Of a stretch of DNA of 64,000 nucleotides, positions 11,394-20,072 are shown piece by piece; within the stretch, counting starts at the first letter, position 1, and each line of letters opens with the position of its first letter. Location: positions 736,001 through 800,000 of the forward strand of contig JBFWVL010000001.1 in the NCBI GenBank assembly GCA_050246755.1, in the 5' to 3' direction. Source of the DNA: Bacteriovoracia bacterium (lineage in GTDB: Bacteria; Bdellovibrionota; UBA1018; CAIPTA01). Below the pieces are notes generated by a model, which saw only the letters and a program-made list of their open reading frames with translations, searched no databases and was not told the origin of the DNA. Position numbers and translations under genes: made by a program.

Positions 11394-12571
11394 GAAATGG
11401 GAAACCTCGTCCAGGCCATATGCGCCGATAAGTGCCCGGGCATCGGCATGACTATTTCTTCCGCTACGTGGAGCGTTTTCGCATCGAAAAAAACGAGCTT
11501 CGATTTCACGCCGGTGGCGGAAAGGAAGAACTGGTCTTGCGTGGGCGTCACGTTGAAGCCGGTGAGCAAGTGGTCGGGGTAGTGCAGAATTTTTCGCAAC
11601 CGCTTGGATTCCGTGTCCCAAAAGCTCACGCGCTTCGAATCGGGGTGCACCAATCCAAACGTTTTGTGCTTATCGCTCAGCGCATTGCTGAAATTAAACC
11701 GAAGGTGCTCGCGGTTGCCTTGGTCGTCGAACTCCTGGAGCTTCGTAGATTCGCGGTTCATGTAGAGAACGGGAGCCGGATAGTATTTATTCGTGGCCAT
11801 CAGGCTGTCGAATTTTTCGGTGGGAGAAACTAGCGTGTGGTTGTCGGCGGAAATATAAATCTCACCAGGCTTGCGTGAGCTCGCGGCCACGTGGCAAAGG
11901 GCTAGGTTTAGGTACTGCGATTTCGCGCGGTGAACGATATTCTTCGATTTAAAATCTACGTAGGTGATTTCCGAATTCAGCTCTCTTTTTTCGCTGGTGG
12001 TAAGTTTTCCGTAGTGGGCGATCGCGAGCTCTTTCATTGCGGGATCGAGGCTCACTAACTGGTGCGGATGCGCCACGCCGGTATGGATTTCGTCCATGAT
12101 GGCGCCGGTGGAAACGTCCCGTACGGAGATAAAGCCCTCGGCGGCATCTTCTTCTTTATACTCGCTGGACAATATCTTACTTCCGTCGAGGGTGAAGAGG
12201 CCGTGACCGCTAAAAAGATAGCCGGGCTTCGCTTGGATCTCGCGGGTCACTTTTCCCTCTTTGAGGGAAAGCAAAACCATCCGGTCGAGCCGGAACGGGT
12301 AGATGGCCAGCAGGGAAGGATCCTTCGGATGAACTTCGATCGAATGCGCGCCCAAGATTTTATTGGGCATGGGAAGATCGAATGCTTTCCACTTTTTGCC
12401 GTTACGGCTCATCGCCACGAGCTGGCCGTTGGGACGCCAGCTTTGGTTTAGCAGAATTAAAAGGGTTTCTTGCTCTTTGGACTGCTTCTGTAGCTTTCCG
12501 AATGCGATCCTCGGAGATAGAGCCGAAAGCCCCAATAACGCTAAAAATTTTCTTCGGTCCATGGAGAGCAT
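11390..12571 (-). CDS. Tat-exported beta-propeller protein, DUF1513-like (second paralogue; start 12571 or 12562)
   Basis: DRRKFL twin-arginine signal; FSGHGLFTLDG; HPHQ; ALCH motif. Confidence 0.7.
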   Translation of the reverse strand: MLSMDRRKFLALLGLSALSPRIAFGKLQKQSKEQETLLILLNQSWRPNGQLVAMSRNGKKWKAFDLPMPNKILGAHSIEVHPKDPSLLAIYPFRLDRMVLLSLKEGKVTREIQAKPGYLFSGHGLFTLDGSKILSSEYKEEDAAEGFISVRDVSTGAIMDEIHTGVAHPHQLVSLDPAMKELAIAHYGKLTTSEKRELNSEITYVDFKSKNIVHRAKSQYLNLALCHVAASSRKPGEIYISADNHTLVSPTEKFDSLMATNKYYPAPVLYMNRESTKLQEFDDQGNREHLRFNFSNALSDKHKTFGLVHPDSKRVSFWDTESKRLRKILHYPDHLLTGFNVTPTQDQFFLSATGVKSKLVFFDAKTLHVAEEIVMPMPGHLSAHMAWTRFPIS

Positions 12572-12686
12572 TGGCGAAAACCTTAACATAAGGATTTAGG
12601 CGTCGGAATAACGAGTCCAGGCCGATTTCGCGGCGCGAAATATCGTGAGGCTTTACGAAGCGCAGCAAACGCATTACTACTCTTAC

Positions 12687-13877
12687 ATGGCTCATTCGCA
12701 CTATAGCCGGGTTTTCCTCGTCGTGCTCGACAGCGTGGGCATTGGCGCGCTTCCCGACGCCAAAGATTTCGGTGACGAAGGCGCCCATACCCTGGCCCAT
12801 ATCGGCGAAGCCGTAGGCGGGCTCAAGCTACCCACCCTCACGCGCATGGGCCTGGGAAATATTTCCAAAATTCCCGGCCTTTCTCCTCCGCAAAAAACTT
12901 CCGCCTCCTACGGAAAATGCGCCGAGCTCGCCAAAGGTAAAGATACGACCACCGGCCACTGGGAAATGGCCGGCATCTCCGTGAAGAAACCTTTCCCCAC
13001 CTACTACGAAGGATTTCCCCAAAGCTTCGTGGACGAATTCGTTTCGCTCGCCAAGGTTCCGGGCTACCTCGGAAATATCCCCGCCAGCGGAACCGAGATC
13101 ATCCAAACTCTCGGCGGCGAGCATGTGCGCAGCGGAAAACCGATTGTCTATACCAGCGCCGATTCCGTTTTTCAGATCGCCTGCCACGAAGAATCGTTCG
13201 GGCTCGAGCGGCTCTATGAATGCTGCAAAATCGCCCGGAAGCTTTGCGATGAGCTCGGCGTGGCCCGCGTGATCGCGAGGCCCTTCCTCGGGGCCAACGG
13301 AAAATATACCCGCACTACGAACCGCAAAGATTATTCCGTAGCGCTGCCCGAAGAGACGATGATGGATTGCTTGCAGCGCATGCCCGGCCTGGAAACGGTG
13401 AGCATCGGAAAAGTAGCTAGTATTTATTCCGACCATGGATTCCACCGCCAAGTGAAGGCGGGCGATAACCGCGCCATCTTCGCGGCGCTGAAAGCGGAAA
13501 CCGAGACCGCGAAATCCGGCCTAGTATTCGCCAACCTCGTGGATTTCGACATGCTCTACGGGCACCGCCGCGATTCGGCCGGCTACGCCCGCGAGCTGCA
13601 GTGGCTCGACGGCGAGCTGGAGAAACTTCTACCCACGCTGCGCGAGGGCGACTTAGTGCTGCTCACCGCCGACCACGGCAACGATCCGTCTTTTCCCGGA
13701 AGCGATCATACGCGCGAATATATTCCGGTGATCGCCTGGAGCCGGGAAACCGAAAAGCGCGGCGGCCACGATCTCGGCACCCGCAAGACCTTCGCCGATA
13801 TTGGCCAAACCATTCTCGAGGCCCTGGGCTCCACCGAGAAACAAAAAATCGGCCAGAGTTTTCTCGCGCAGATTTAA
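12687..13877 (+). CDS. deoB: Phosphopentomutase
   Basis: VLDSVGIG, GKDTTTGHWE, YTSADSVFQI, NLVDFD..YGHRRD, TADHGNDP, DHTREY. Confidence 0.97.
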   Translation: MAHSHYSRVFLVVLDSVGIGALPDAKDFGDEGAHTLAHIGEAVGGLKLPTLTRMGLGNISKIPGLSPPQKTSASYGKCAELAKGKDTTTGHWEMAGISVKKPFPTYYEGFPQSFVDEFVSLAKVPGYLGNIPASGTEIIQTLGGEHVRSGKPIVYTSADSVFQIACHEESFGLERLYECCKIARKLCDELGVARVIARPFLGANGKYTRTTNRKDYSVALPEETMMDCLQRMPGLETVSIGKVASIYSDHGFHRQVKAGDNRAIFAALKAETETAKSGLVFANLVDFDMLYGHRRDSAGYARELQWLDGELEKLLPTLREGDLVLLTADHGNDPSFPGSDHTREYIPVIAWSRETEKRGGHDLGTRKTFADIGQTILEALGSTEKQKIGQSFLAQI

Positions 13878-13887
13878 GGGAGAATCC

Positions 13888-15213
13888 GTGAACGCAGCCA
13901 GCCTGATCAAAAAGAAACGTAATGGCGAACGCCTCGAAAGCGAGGAGATCGCCTTTCTGGTTAACGGTTTCACGAAGGGCACGATTCCTGATTACCAAAT
14001 GAGCGCTTTCCTGATGGCCGTATATTTCCGCGGGATGGACGCCGAGGAAACCGCCCAGCTTGTTTCGATCATGGAACATTCCGGTTCGGTGGTGGATCTG
14101 TCCCGCCTGAAGCTGCCAAAAGTGGATAAGCATTCCACCGGCGGCATCGGCGACAAAACCACTTTTCTGCTCGGCCCCATGCTCGCGGCCTGTGGAATCG
14201 CCTACCCTACGATCGCCGGACGCGGCCTTGCCCATACTGGCGGCACGATCGACAAATTCGAAGCGATTCCCGGCTTCAATTGTTTCTTGCCCCTGAAGCG
14301 CTTCGAGGAATTAGTTTCCACCGTCGGCCTAGCGTTCATCGGCCAATCCGAAGAGGTTTGCCCCGCCGACCGTAAGATCTATGCCCTCCGCGATGTGACA
14401 GCCACCGTGGAAAGCACGCCCCTCATCGTGGCGAGCATCATGAGCAAAAAACTCGCGGAAGGAATCGACGGCATCGTGTTCGACGTGAAGTGTGGTTCCG
14501 GCGCTTTCATGAAAACCGAAAAAGAAGCCGCCGAGCTCGCCAAAGCCCTAGTGGCCACGGCGAAAGCCGCCAAGAAGCATGCGAGCGCCCTGGTGACCGC
14601 CATGGACGAGCCGCTCGGCCGGGCCGTAGGCAACGCGATTGAAGTGAATGAATGCGTCTCCTTCCTGCGGCAAGGGCCGCAGGATCCTCAGCCCGATCCT
14701 CTGCTGAAAGAAATTACCTTGGAGCTCGCCATCGAGCTTTACTCTTTGGCCGAGCTGCAAAAAGGCAAGAAGCGCCCTAACGCTTCGGCGGTGCGCGAAG
14801 TTCTTGAGGAAACTTTGAAGTCTGGCCAGGCCTATTCAAAATTTCTCGAAATCGTGAGCTTGCAGGGCGGCGATACCAGCGCCCTCGACGAAGGACTCCC
14901 CCTTGCCCCCAAAAAAATCCCCTTCGTGGCCGCCAAGCGCGGATTCCTGAATTCCATGAATGCAGAAGCCATCGGCTTGGCGCTTACCGAATTAGGCGGC
15001 GGCCGCAGGAAGACCAGCGATAAAATCGATCCTTCCGTGGGTTTTTGGTTCGAAAAGCATCTGGGAGATAGCGTCAAAAAAGACGAGACCATCGCGATGA
15101 TCTACGCCCGCGACGCTAAGAGCGGTGAAATCGCTAGAAAAATGCTGGAAGAGGCGATTCAGATCGATTCGGAGTCCTCACCAAAAGCTAAATTGATCCG
15201 GCAGCGAATCTGA
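13888..15213 (+). CDS. deoA: Thymidine / pyrimidine-nucleoside phosphorylase
   Basis: DKHSTGGIGDK, GRGLAHTGGTIDK, SIMSKK, DVKCGSGAFMK; GTG start with SD AAGGGAG. Confidence 0.95.
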   Translation: MNAASLIKKKRNGERLESEEIAFLVNGFTKGTIPDYQMSAFLMAVYFRGMDAEETAQLVSIMEHSGSVVDLSRLKLPKVDKHSTGGIGDKTTFLLGPMLAACGIAYPTIAGRGLAHTGGTIDKFEAIPGFNCFLPLKRFEELVSTVGLAFIGQSEEVCPADRKIYALRDVTATVESTPLIVASIMSKKLAEGIDGIVFDVKCGSGAFMKTEKEAAELAKALVATAKAAKKHASALVTAMDEPLGRAVGNAIEVNECVSFLRQGPQDPQPDPLLKEITLELAIELYSLAELQKGKKRPNASAVREVLEETLKSGQAYSKFLEIVSLQGGDTSALDEGLPLAPKKIPFVAAKRGFLNSMNAEAIGLALTELGGGRRKTSDKIDPSVGFWFEKHLGDSVKKDETIAMIYARDAKSGEIARKMLEEAIQIDSESSPKAKLIRQRI

Positions 15214-15228
15214 ATTAGACCTTAGCTC

Positions 15229-16113
15229 GTGGTAACCCAATCTCAAGTAGTGCAGCAGATCCAAGACGTGGTCGAATTTTTCGAGCCCAGGATAAAAACG
15301 CGTCCGGAAGTAGCGATCATTCTCGGCAGCGGGCTTGGCGGTTTCGCTGATCATATTGAAGAAGCCGAAGAAATTGCCTACGCAGACATTCCTCACTTCC
15401 AGAATCCCTCCGTGGAAGGCCATAGCGGGAAAATGATCTTTGGCCGCGTGCGCGGAGTTCCGGTGGCCGTGCTCCAAGGACGCTGGCATTTCTACGAAGG
15501 CCATTCCATGAGTAGCATCGTGATTCCCACCCGTGCGCTCGCGGCGCTCGGCGCCCATACCATTCTCCTCACGAATGCGGCCGGCGGAGTGAACCTCAAT
15601 TTTCAGGGCGGCGATCTCATGACGATCGTGGACCATATCAACCTAATGGGTGATAACCCGCTTACCGGAAAAGACTCCGTTATGTTCGGCCCCCGCTTTC
15701 CCGATATGAGCGAGCCCTATTCCCACGACTGTATCCGCGCGATCGAGGAAGCCGGTGCGCGGCTCAAAATCCCCCTAAAGCGCGGCACCTATATCGGCCT
15801 GCGCGGTCCCACCTACGAAACCCCCGCCGAGGTAAAAATGCTGCGCGTACTCGGCGGCGACGCCGTGGGCATGAGCACGGTGCCCGAAGCTATCGCCGCC
15901 CGCCACCTCGGCATGCGCGTGGCCGGGATTTCCTGCATCACCAATATGGCCGCTGGCATCGAGCAAAAAACCCTGAATCACGAAGAGGTTCAGGAAGTGG
16001 CAGCCCAGTCGATGGGCAAACTAGCGAAATTAATGATCGAGGCCATGCCGGAGCTGGCGCGCAAGGAAGGCCCCTCGAATGCCCAGGAAACGCGCGACAA
16101 ATTCCAGCGATAA
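15229..16113 (+). CDS. punA: Purine-nucleoside phosphorylase (trimeric type)
   Basis: ILGSGLG, GRWHFYEG, TNAAGG, GPTYETPAE, VGMSTVPE. Confidence 0.95.
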   Translation: MVTQSQVVQQIQDVVEFFEPRIKTRPEVAIILGSGLGGFADHIEEAEEIAYADIPHFQNPSVEGHSGKMIFGRVRGVPVAVLQGRWHFYEGHSMSSIVIPTRALAALGAHTILLTNAAGGVNLNFQGGDLMTIVDHINLMGDNPLTGKDSVMFGPRFPDMSEPYSHDCIRAIEEAGARLKIPLKRGTYIGLRGPTYETPAEVKMLRVLGGDAVGMSTVPEAIAARHLGMRVAGISCITNMAAGIEQKTLNHEEVQEVAAQSMGKLAKLMIEAMPELARKEGPSNAQETRDKFQR

Positions 16114-16141
16114 CGCGGCTATTGGTATACTTTAACCAGCG

Positions 16142-17482
16142 ATGTCTTCTTTCCTCATCCAAAATGGCTTTTTCCTTTTGAACGACGGCTCGGGCCGCCT
16201 CGTTCGGGGAGACCTGCGCGTAGAAAATGGGCGCATCGCCAAGCTCGCCAAAAAAATTTCCAAAAAGAAGGGGGAAAAGACCACCGACCTCAAAGGCCAG
16301 CTCGTGATCCCGGGTTTCGTGCAAACCCACGTGCACCTCTGCCAAACTCTTTTCCGTAACCTCGCCGACGACCTCGAGCTCCTCGACTGGCTCAGCCAGC
16401 GCATCTGGCCCATGGAGGCCGCGCATACCGAAAAAAGCCTCTACGCTTCCGCGCGGCTCGGAATCGCCGAACTCCTGGCGGGCGGCACCACCACGATCCT
16501 CGATATGGGCACCGTTCGCCATACCGACGCCATCTTCACGGCCGCCGAAGAAATGGGCATCCGCGCTCTCATCGGCAAATGCCTCATGGACAGCGACGCC
16601 TGCCCTCCCGGCCTCCACGAAACCACCGCCACCGCCTTAAAAGAAAACCGCGCGCTCTATTCCCGCTGGCACGGCAAAGCCAATGATCGCCTCCGTTATG
16701 CCTCAGCTCCCCGTTTTCTGATTTCTTGCACCGAGCGCTTGATGAAAGAAGTGCAGGAGTTTTCCGCCGCCAATAACCTGCACGTGCATTCTCACTCGAG
16801 CGAGAACCGCGCCGAAGTGGCGATGATCCGCAAACTATACGACTGCGAAAACATCGAAGCCTTTCATAAATTGAAATTAACCGGCCCCAATCTCGTGCTC
16901 GCCCATTGCATTTGGCTGAACAAAAATGAACAGAAGCTTTTGGCCGAAACCCAAACCCGCGTGAGCCATTGCCCGAGCTCCAACCTAAAATTAGCTTCCG
17001 GCCTCTGCGATGTTCCCGGCCTGAAAAAACAGGGCGTACACGTTTCTCTCGGAGCCGACGGTGCCCCCTGCAATAATAATTTGAATATGTTCCTCGAGAT
17101 GCGCCTCGCCTCCCTCCTGCAGAAGCCCTCGCACGGCCCCACCGCCATGCCGGCCAGAGAAGTTTTCGAAATGGCCACCATCCGCGGCGCCGAAGCCCTC
17201 GGCCTCGAGAAAGACATCGGCTCCATCGAAGTAGGCAAGAAGGCCGATCTCGTGGCGATTGATTTGGCCAGGCCGGAACTTGCCACTGCCCTCGACGAGG
17301 AAAAACCGGCGCTGGCTTACTCCGCTTTGGTCTACGCTTGTTCGCCGATGGCCGTTTCCCATACCTGGGTGGATGGAAAAATCGTGTATCGCCAGGGCAG
17401 TTACCCTAAGGTGCGCCAGAGCGAGATCGTGAACGAAGCCCTAGCTCAGCAAAAAAAATTACTGGGACGTCTTACGCTTTGA
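16142..17482 (+). CDS. Amidohydrolase-family nucleoside deaminase (5'-deoxyadenosine/MTA-SAH deaminase-like)
   Basis: PGFVQTHVHLCQ, HSHSSE, LAHCIW, HCPSSNLKLASG, GADGAPCNN; nucleoside-salvage context. Confidence 0.8.
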   Translation: MSSFLIQNGFFLLNDGSGRLVRGDLRVENGRIAKLAKKISKKKGEKTTDLKGQLVIPGFVQTHVHLCQTLFRNLADDLELLDWLSQRIWPMEAAHTEKSLYASARLGIAELLAGGTTTILDMGTVRHTDAIFTAAEEMGIRALIGKCLMDSDACPPGLHETTATALKENRALYSRWHGKANDRLRYASAPRFLISCTERLMKEVQEFSAANNLHVHSHSSENRAEVAMIRKLYDCENIEAFHKLKLTGPNLVLAHCIWLNKNEQKLLAETQTRVSHCPSSNLKLASGLCDVPGLKKQGVHVSLGADGAPCNNNLNMFLEMRLASLLQKPSHGPTAMPAREVFEMATIRGAEALGLEKDIGSIEVGKKADLVAIDLARPELATALDEEKPALAYSALVYACSPMAVSHTWVDGKIVYRQGSYPKVRQSEIVNEALAQQKKLLGRLTL

Positions 17483-18281
17483 ACCAGTCCACACAGAAAG
17501 CATAAAGCTCTTCTTCTTTCGAGGGATCGATCTTCGCGCGGAAATCCTCAATCAAGCGCACGATCAGCTCCTTAATTTTTCCGATATCTCCTTTAGCTAG
17601 GCTCACCACCGAGGAATAGTGGAGGGAGTTCGGCTCTTCGTCTTCGCAAGCGATCGCCGCGCGGGTGCGCCAATTTGCGTGGTGCTTCATGATTTCGGGA
17701 GAATCGTTGCCGAGGTGGATCTTCATCTTAGTGGCCAGGAATCGATCGCCTTCCTGCACGGCGAGGCCGGCCTTCACCAAAAAATCCAAGGCATCTGAAA
17801 CCTTCTTTTGACTGAGGTGCAACCGCTTCGCTATTTCCACTCTTCCCTGAAATTGCGGAATCGTGAGCAGGATATGAATGGCCGTATAATGCCAGGCACT
17901 ATAGTAACGCGCGCGATCGAGCTCGCTCATCCCCTCGCCCACGCCGATCCGGTCCTTCAGCACTTTTCGTTTCGCCCGCTCCCTCTCGATCAGGGACTGA
18001 AAGATCTGCCGGAGGTTTTCGGTTCCGGCCCTTTCCTTCTGCACCAAGAACAGGAAGAACTCGGTCTCGTCGCGGGAGAAGGCGAGGTAGCGCGCCAAGG
18101 CCTCTCCCTGCTCTAGGCTCAGCTGCGCTTCCCCATTCAGCACTTGGGAGACGTACGCCAACTTGCAGCGCATGGCCTCCGCCAGCTCGGTGCGCTTCCC
18201 TCTGCCCTTCCCGGGCATGCTGAGGAGCCATTCGCTGAGGAATTCCTTGTAATGATCGAAATCATGAATACTTGTCTTCAT
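17472..18281 (-). CDS. TIGR02147/DUF4423-like putative DNA-binding protein
   Basis: 269 aa; DHYKEFL start, HTH-like LAEAMRCKLAYVSQVLNG, YYSAWHYTAIH, KHHANWR, C-terminal LYAFCVDWF. Confidence 0.75.
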   Translation of the reverse strand: MKTSIHDFDHYKEFLSEWLLSMPGKGRGKRTELAEAMRCKLAYVSQVLNGEAQLSLEQGEALARYLAFSRDETEFFLFLVQKERAGTENLRQIFQSLIERERAKRKVLKDRIGVGEGMSELDRARYYSAWHYTAIHILLTIPQFQGRVEIAKRLHLSQKKVSDALDFLVKAGLAVQEGDRFLATKMKIHLGNDSPEIMKHHANWRTRAAIACEDEEPNSLHYSSVVSLAKGDIGKIKELIVRLIEDFRAKIDPSKEEELYAFCVDWFKA

Positions 18282-18290
18282 AGCGATATC

Positions 18291-18359
18291 AATAGGTTAT
18301 CGCCATTTATTAATTAAAACTTTATAAATACTGTCCTTGTTTAATTAATATAGCCTATT
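18291..18359. repeat. AT-rich inverted repeat in divergent intergenic region (candidate operator)
   Basis: TATTAATTAAA (18308-18318) and TTTAATTAATA (18340-18350), flanked by AATAGGTTA and TAGCCTATT. Confidence 0.7.
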
Positions 18360-18429
18360 ACCCGATAGGATCACTAGGCTACTCTTTTTCTAGAGCGGAA
18401 TTAGTCCCTCTACGAAACGGAGAAAGTTT

Positions 18430-19851
18430 ATGAAGACCCTGAAGAAACTCTTACCCACCCTCTTGATGATCAGCTTGGCGCACTCTGCTGCCTACGCCGG
18501 CGGCAACGCTTCGGGCGGCGGCACGGGCATTGTGACTCACAAAGGCAAAGTGGAACTGCTCGACCTTCTAGAAGAACGCGACAATCTCGAGAAGGATTTT
18601 AAAAAGTTCGACCCACGCCAAGATAAGGCATTCCGCGCCGAGATCGAAACTCGTTTTAATAAAATCGAAGAGCTAGTTCCCATTATGAAGGGCCAGACCC
18701 AAGCCGCGCTGGACGAAATTCTCGATAAAGCGAATTTTTACTTCACCGACAAAAAACTGAACGCGACCAACGATACCTGTCTTCTCACGAAGGAAAATAC
18801 GGCCCAGCTAGCCGTACAAAAAGCGGGCAAGATCGTGGTGAACCAGGGCCTCTACCAAAAAGCCGACGCCAAAACTCAAGGCGCGCTCCTGGTGCACGAG
18901 ATCGTGATGCAAGTCCTCCGCCGCCCTGCTTGCTCGGACGAGGTCCGCAAAGCCGTGCGCATGATCATGAGCCCAGAAAAATTCTCGGCCAAAGAATTGT
19001 CCACCGAATTTTTCGAAAAAATACTCGGACGTCGCGTACCCAAAGTTGCCTACGAACCAAATATGCCTTCCTCGGTGGAAAATCGCTTTGCGCGACCCTA
19101 TATTTGGTCGCAGGTTACCGCGGCCACTATGAACGGCGACCCCGCTTATTCTTCCGAGCGCGCCTGCTTCGACCGCGCTCTCCAAGATCTAAGCGTTCTG
19201 GATAAAGATCCCGATGTGCTGAAAGCCATCGACCAAGTCCGCGTAGAAAAACGGGCCGACCAAGTTCAAATTAAGTTTTTCAGCGGCTACGACGGAAATG
19301 GCCTGGCAATGTTCGTAAAAACTGCGGACGAAAATGAAGATATGGCTCGCCGCAACGTTAACCTAAATGCGAACGAAGACGGTTCCACCGACGACTATTC
19401 CATTAGTCTCAGCCAATACCATCGTAGCGATGTGACGAAAATGGTGCAAAGAGGCAAATGCAACGTGAGCAAAACTTCTATGCTCGAGCTCCTCAACGGA
19501 TATCGCCTGCCCGCAGCGAAAAGACCAAAGCCAGTAAAAGAAGAGCGCAACGTGGAAAATTGCATAAAAAAATCCGAAGAATTGATCAAGAATCTTTCCG
19601 ACCGGCGCAAAGGAATCGTTTCCCAGTTCCCCGAATCTTGGATTCGTCAGCTGAACCTTAAACTAAACGAGCGCGAAACCATGGGCTTCTGGGATCGCCG
19701 GTCTCTTTCGAGCTGCGAAGGAAAACGGAACCAGCTTGAAGAGGAACTCGAGAACCTTGGTGACGTAGTGACCACGCTCCAACAAAAGCGCCAAGCGCCT
19801 TCCACCACTGAAATCGTTCCTTCCGTCGTAAACGGTATCGACGCGAAGTAA
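18430..19851 (+). CDS. Secreted hypothetical protein (GGNASGGG mature N-terminus; HE-containing helix)
   Basis: Sec signal ending AYA; SD GGAG; 473-aa ORF followed by terminator. Confidence 0.85.
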   Translation: MKTLKKLLPTLLMISLAHSAAYAGGNASGGGTGIVTHKGKVELLDLLEERDNLEKDFKKFDPRQDKAFRAEIETRFNKIEELVPIMKGQTQAALDEILDKANFYFTDKKLNATNDTCLLTKENTAQLAVQKAGKIVVNQGLYQKADAKTQGALLVHEIVMQVLRRPACSDEVRKAVRMIMSPEKFSAKELSTEFFEKILGRRVPKVAYEPNMPSSVENRFARPYIWSQVTAATMNGDPAYSSERACFDRALQDLSVLDKDPDVLKAIDQVRVEKRADQVQIKFFSGYDGNGLAMFVKTADENEDMARRNVNLNANEDGSTDDYSISLSQYHRSDVTKMVQRGKCNVSKTSMLELLNGYRLPAAKRPKPVKEERNVENCIKKSEELIKNLSDRRKGIVSQFPESWIRQLNLKLNERETMGFWDRRSLSSCEGKRNQLEEELENLGDVVTTLQQKRQAPSTTEIVPSVVNGIDAK

Positions 19852-19860
19852 GATCGCGCC

Positions 19861-19904
19861 AAGAAAAAGCCCAGAAGCCTAGAGGCTTCTGGGCTTTTTC
19901 TTTT
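19861..19904 (+). terminator. Rho-independent terminator (bidirectional type)
   Basis: AAGAAAAAGCCCAGAAGCCT-AG-AGGCTTCTGGGCTTTTTCTT plus T tract. Confidence 0.9.
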
Positions 19905-20011
19905 CCCCTCAATGCACCCCATGTCCTGTCGAACTTTTAGTCACCCCCGCTTTCCCTACACAGCCATTTTCCATCTTCCCCCTGTAAAATCACTCTCGCA
20001 CCTAAAGCTAG

Positions 20012-20027
20012 CGGCACACCTATTGCT
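20012..20027 (+). promoter_or_regulatory. Sigma54 -24/-12 promoter upstream of S8 protease
   Basis: CGGCACACCTATTGCT = GG-N10-GC, near consensus TGGCACG-N4-TTGCW. Confidence 0.7.
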
Positions 20028-20072
20028 CTAGGGCGGGCAGTTCATTCCGTAATGCTGTTGTGGTGGTTGTTG

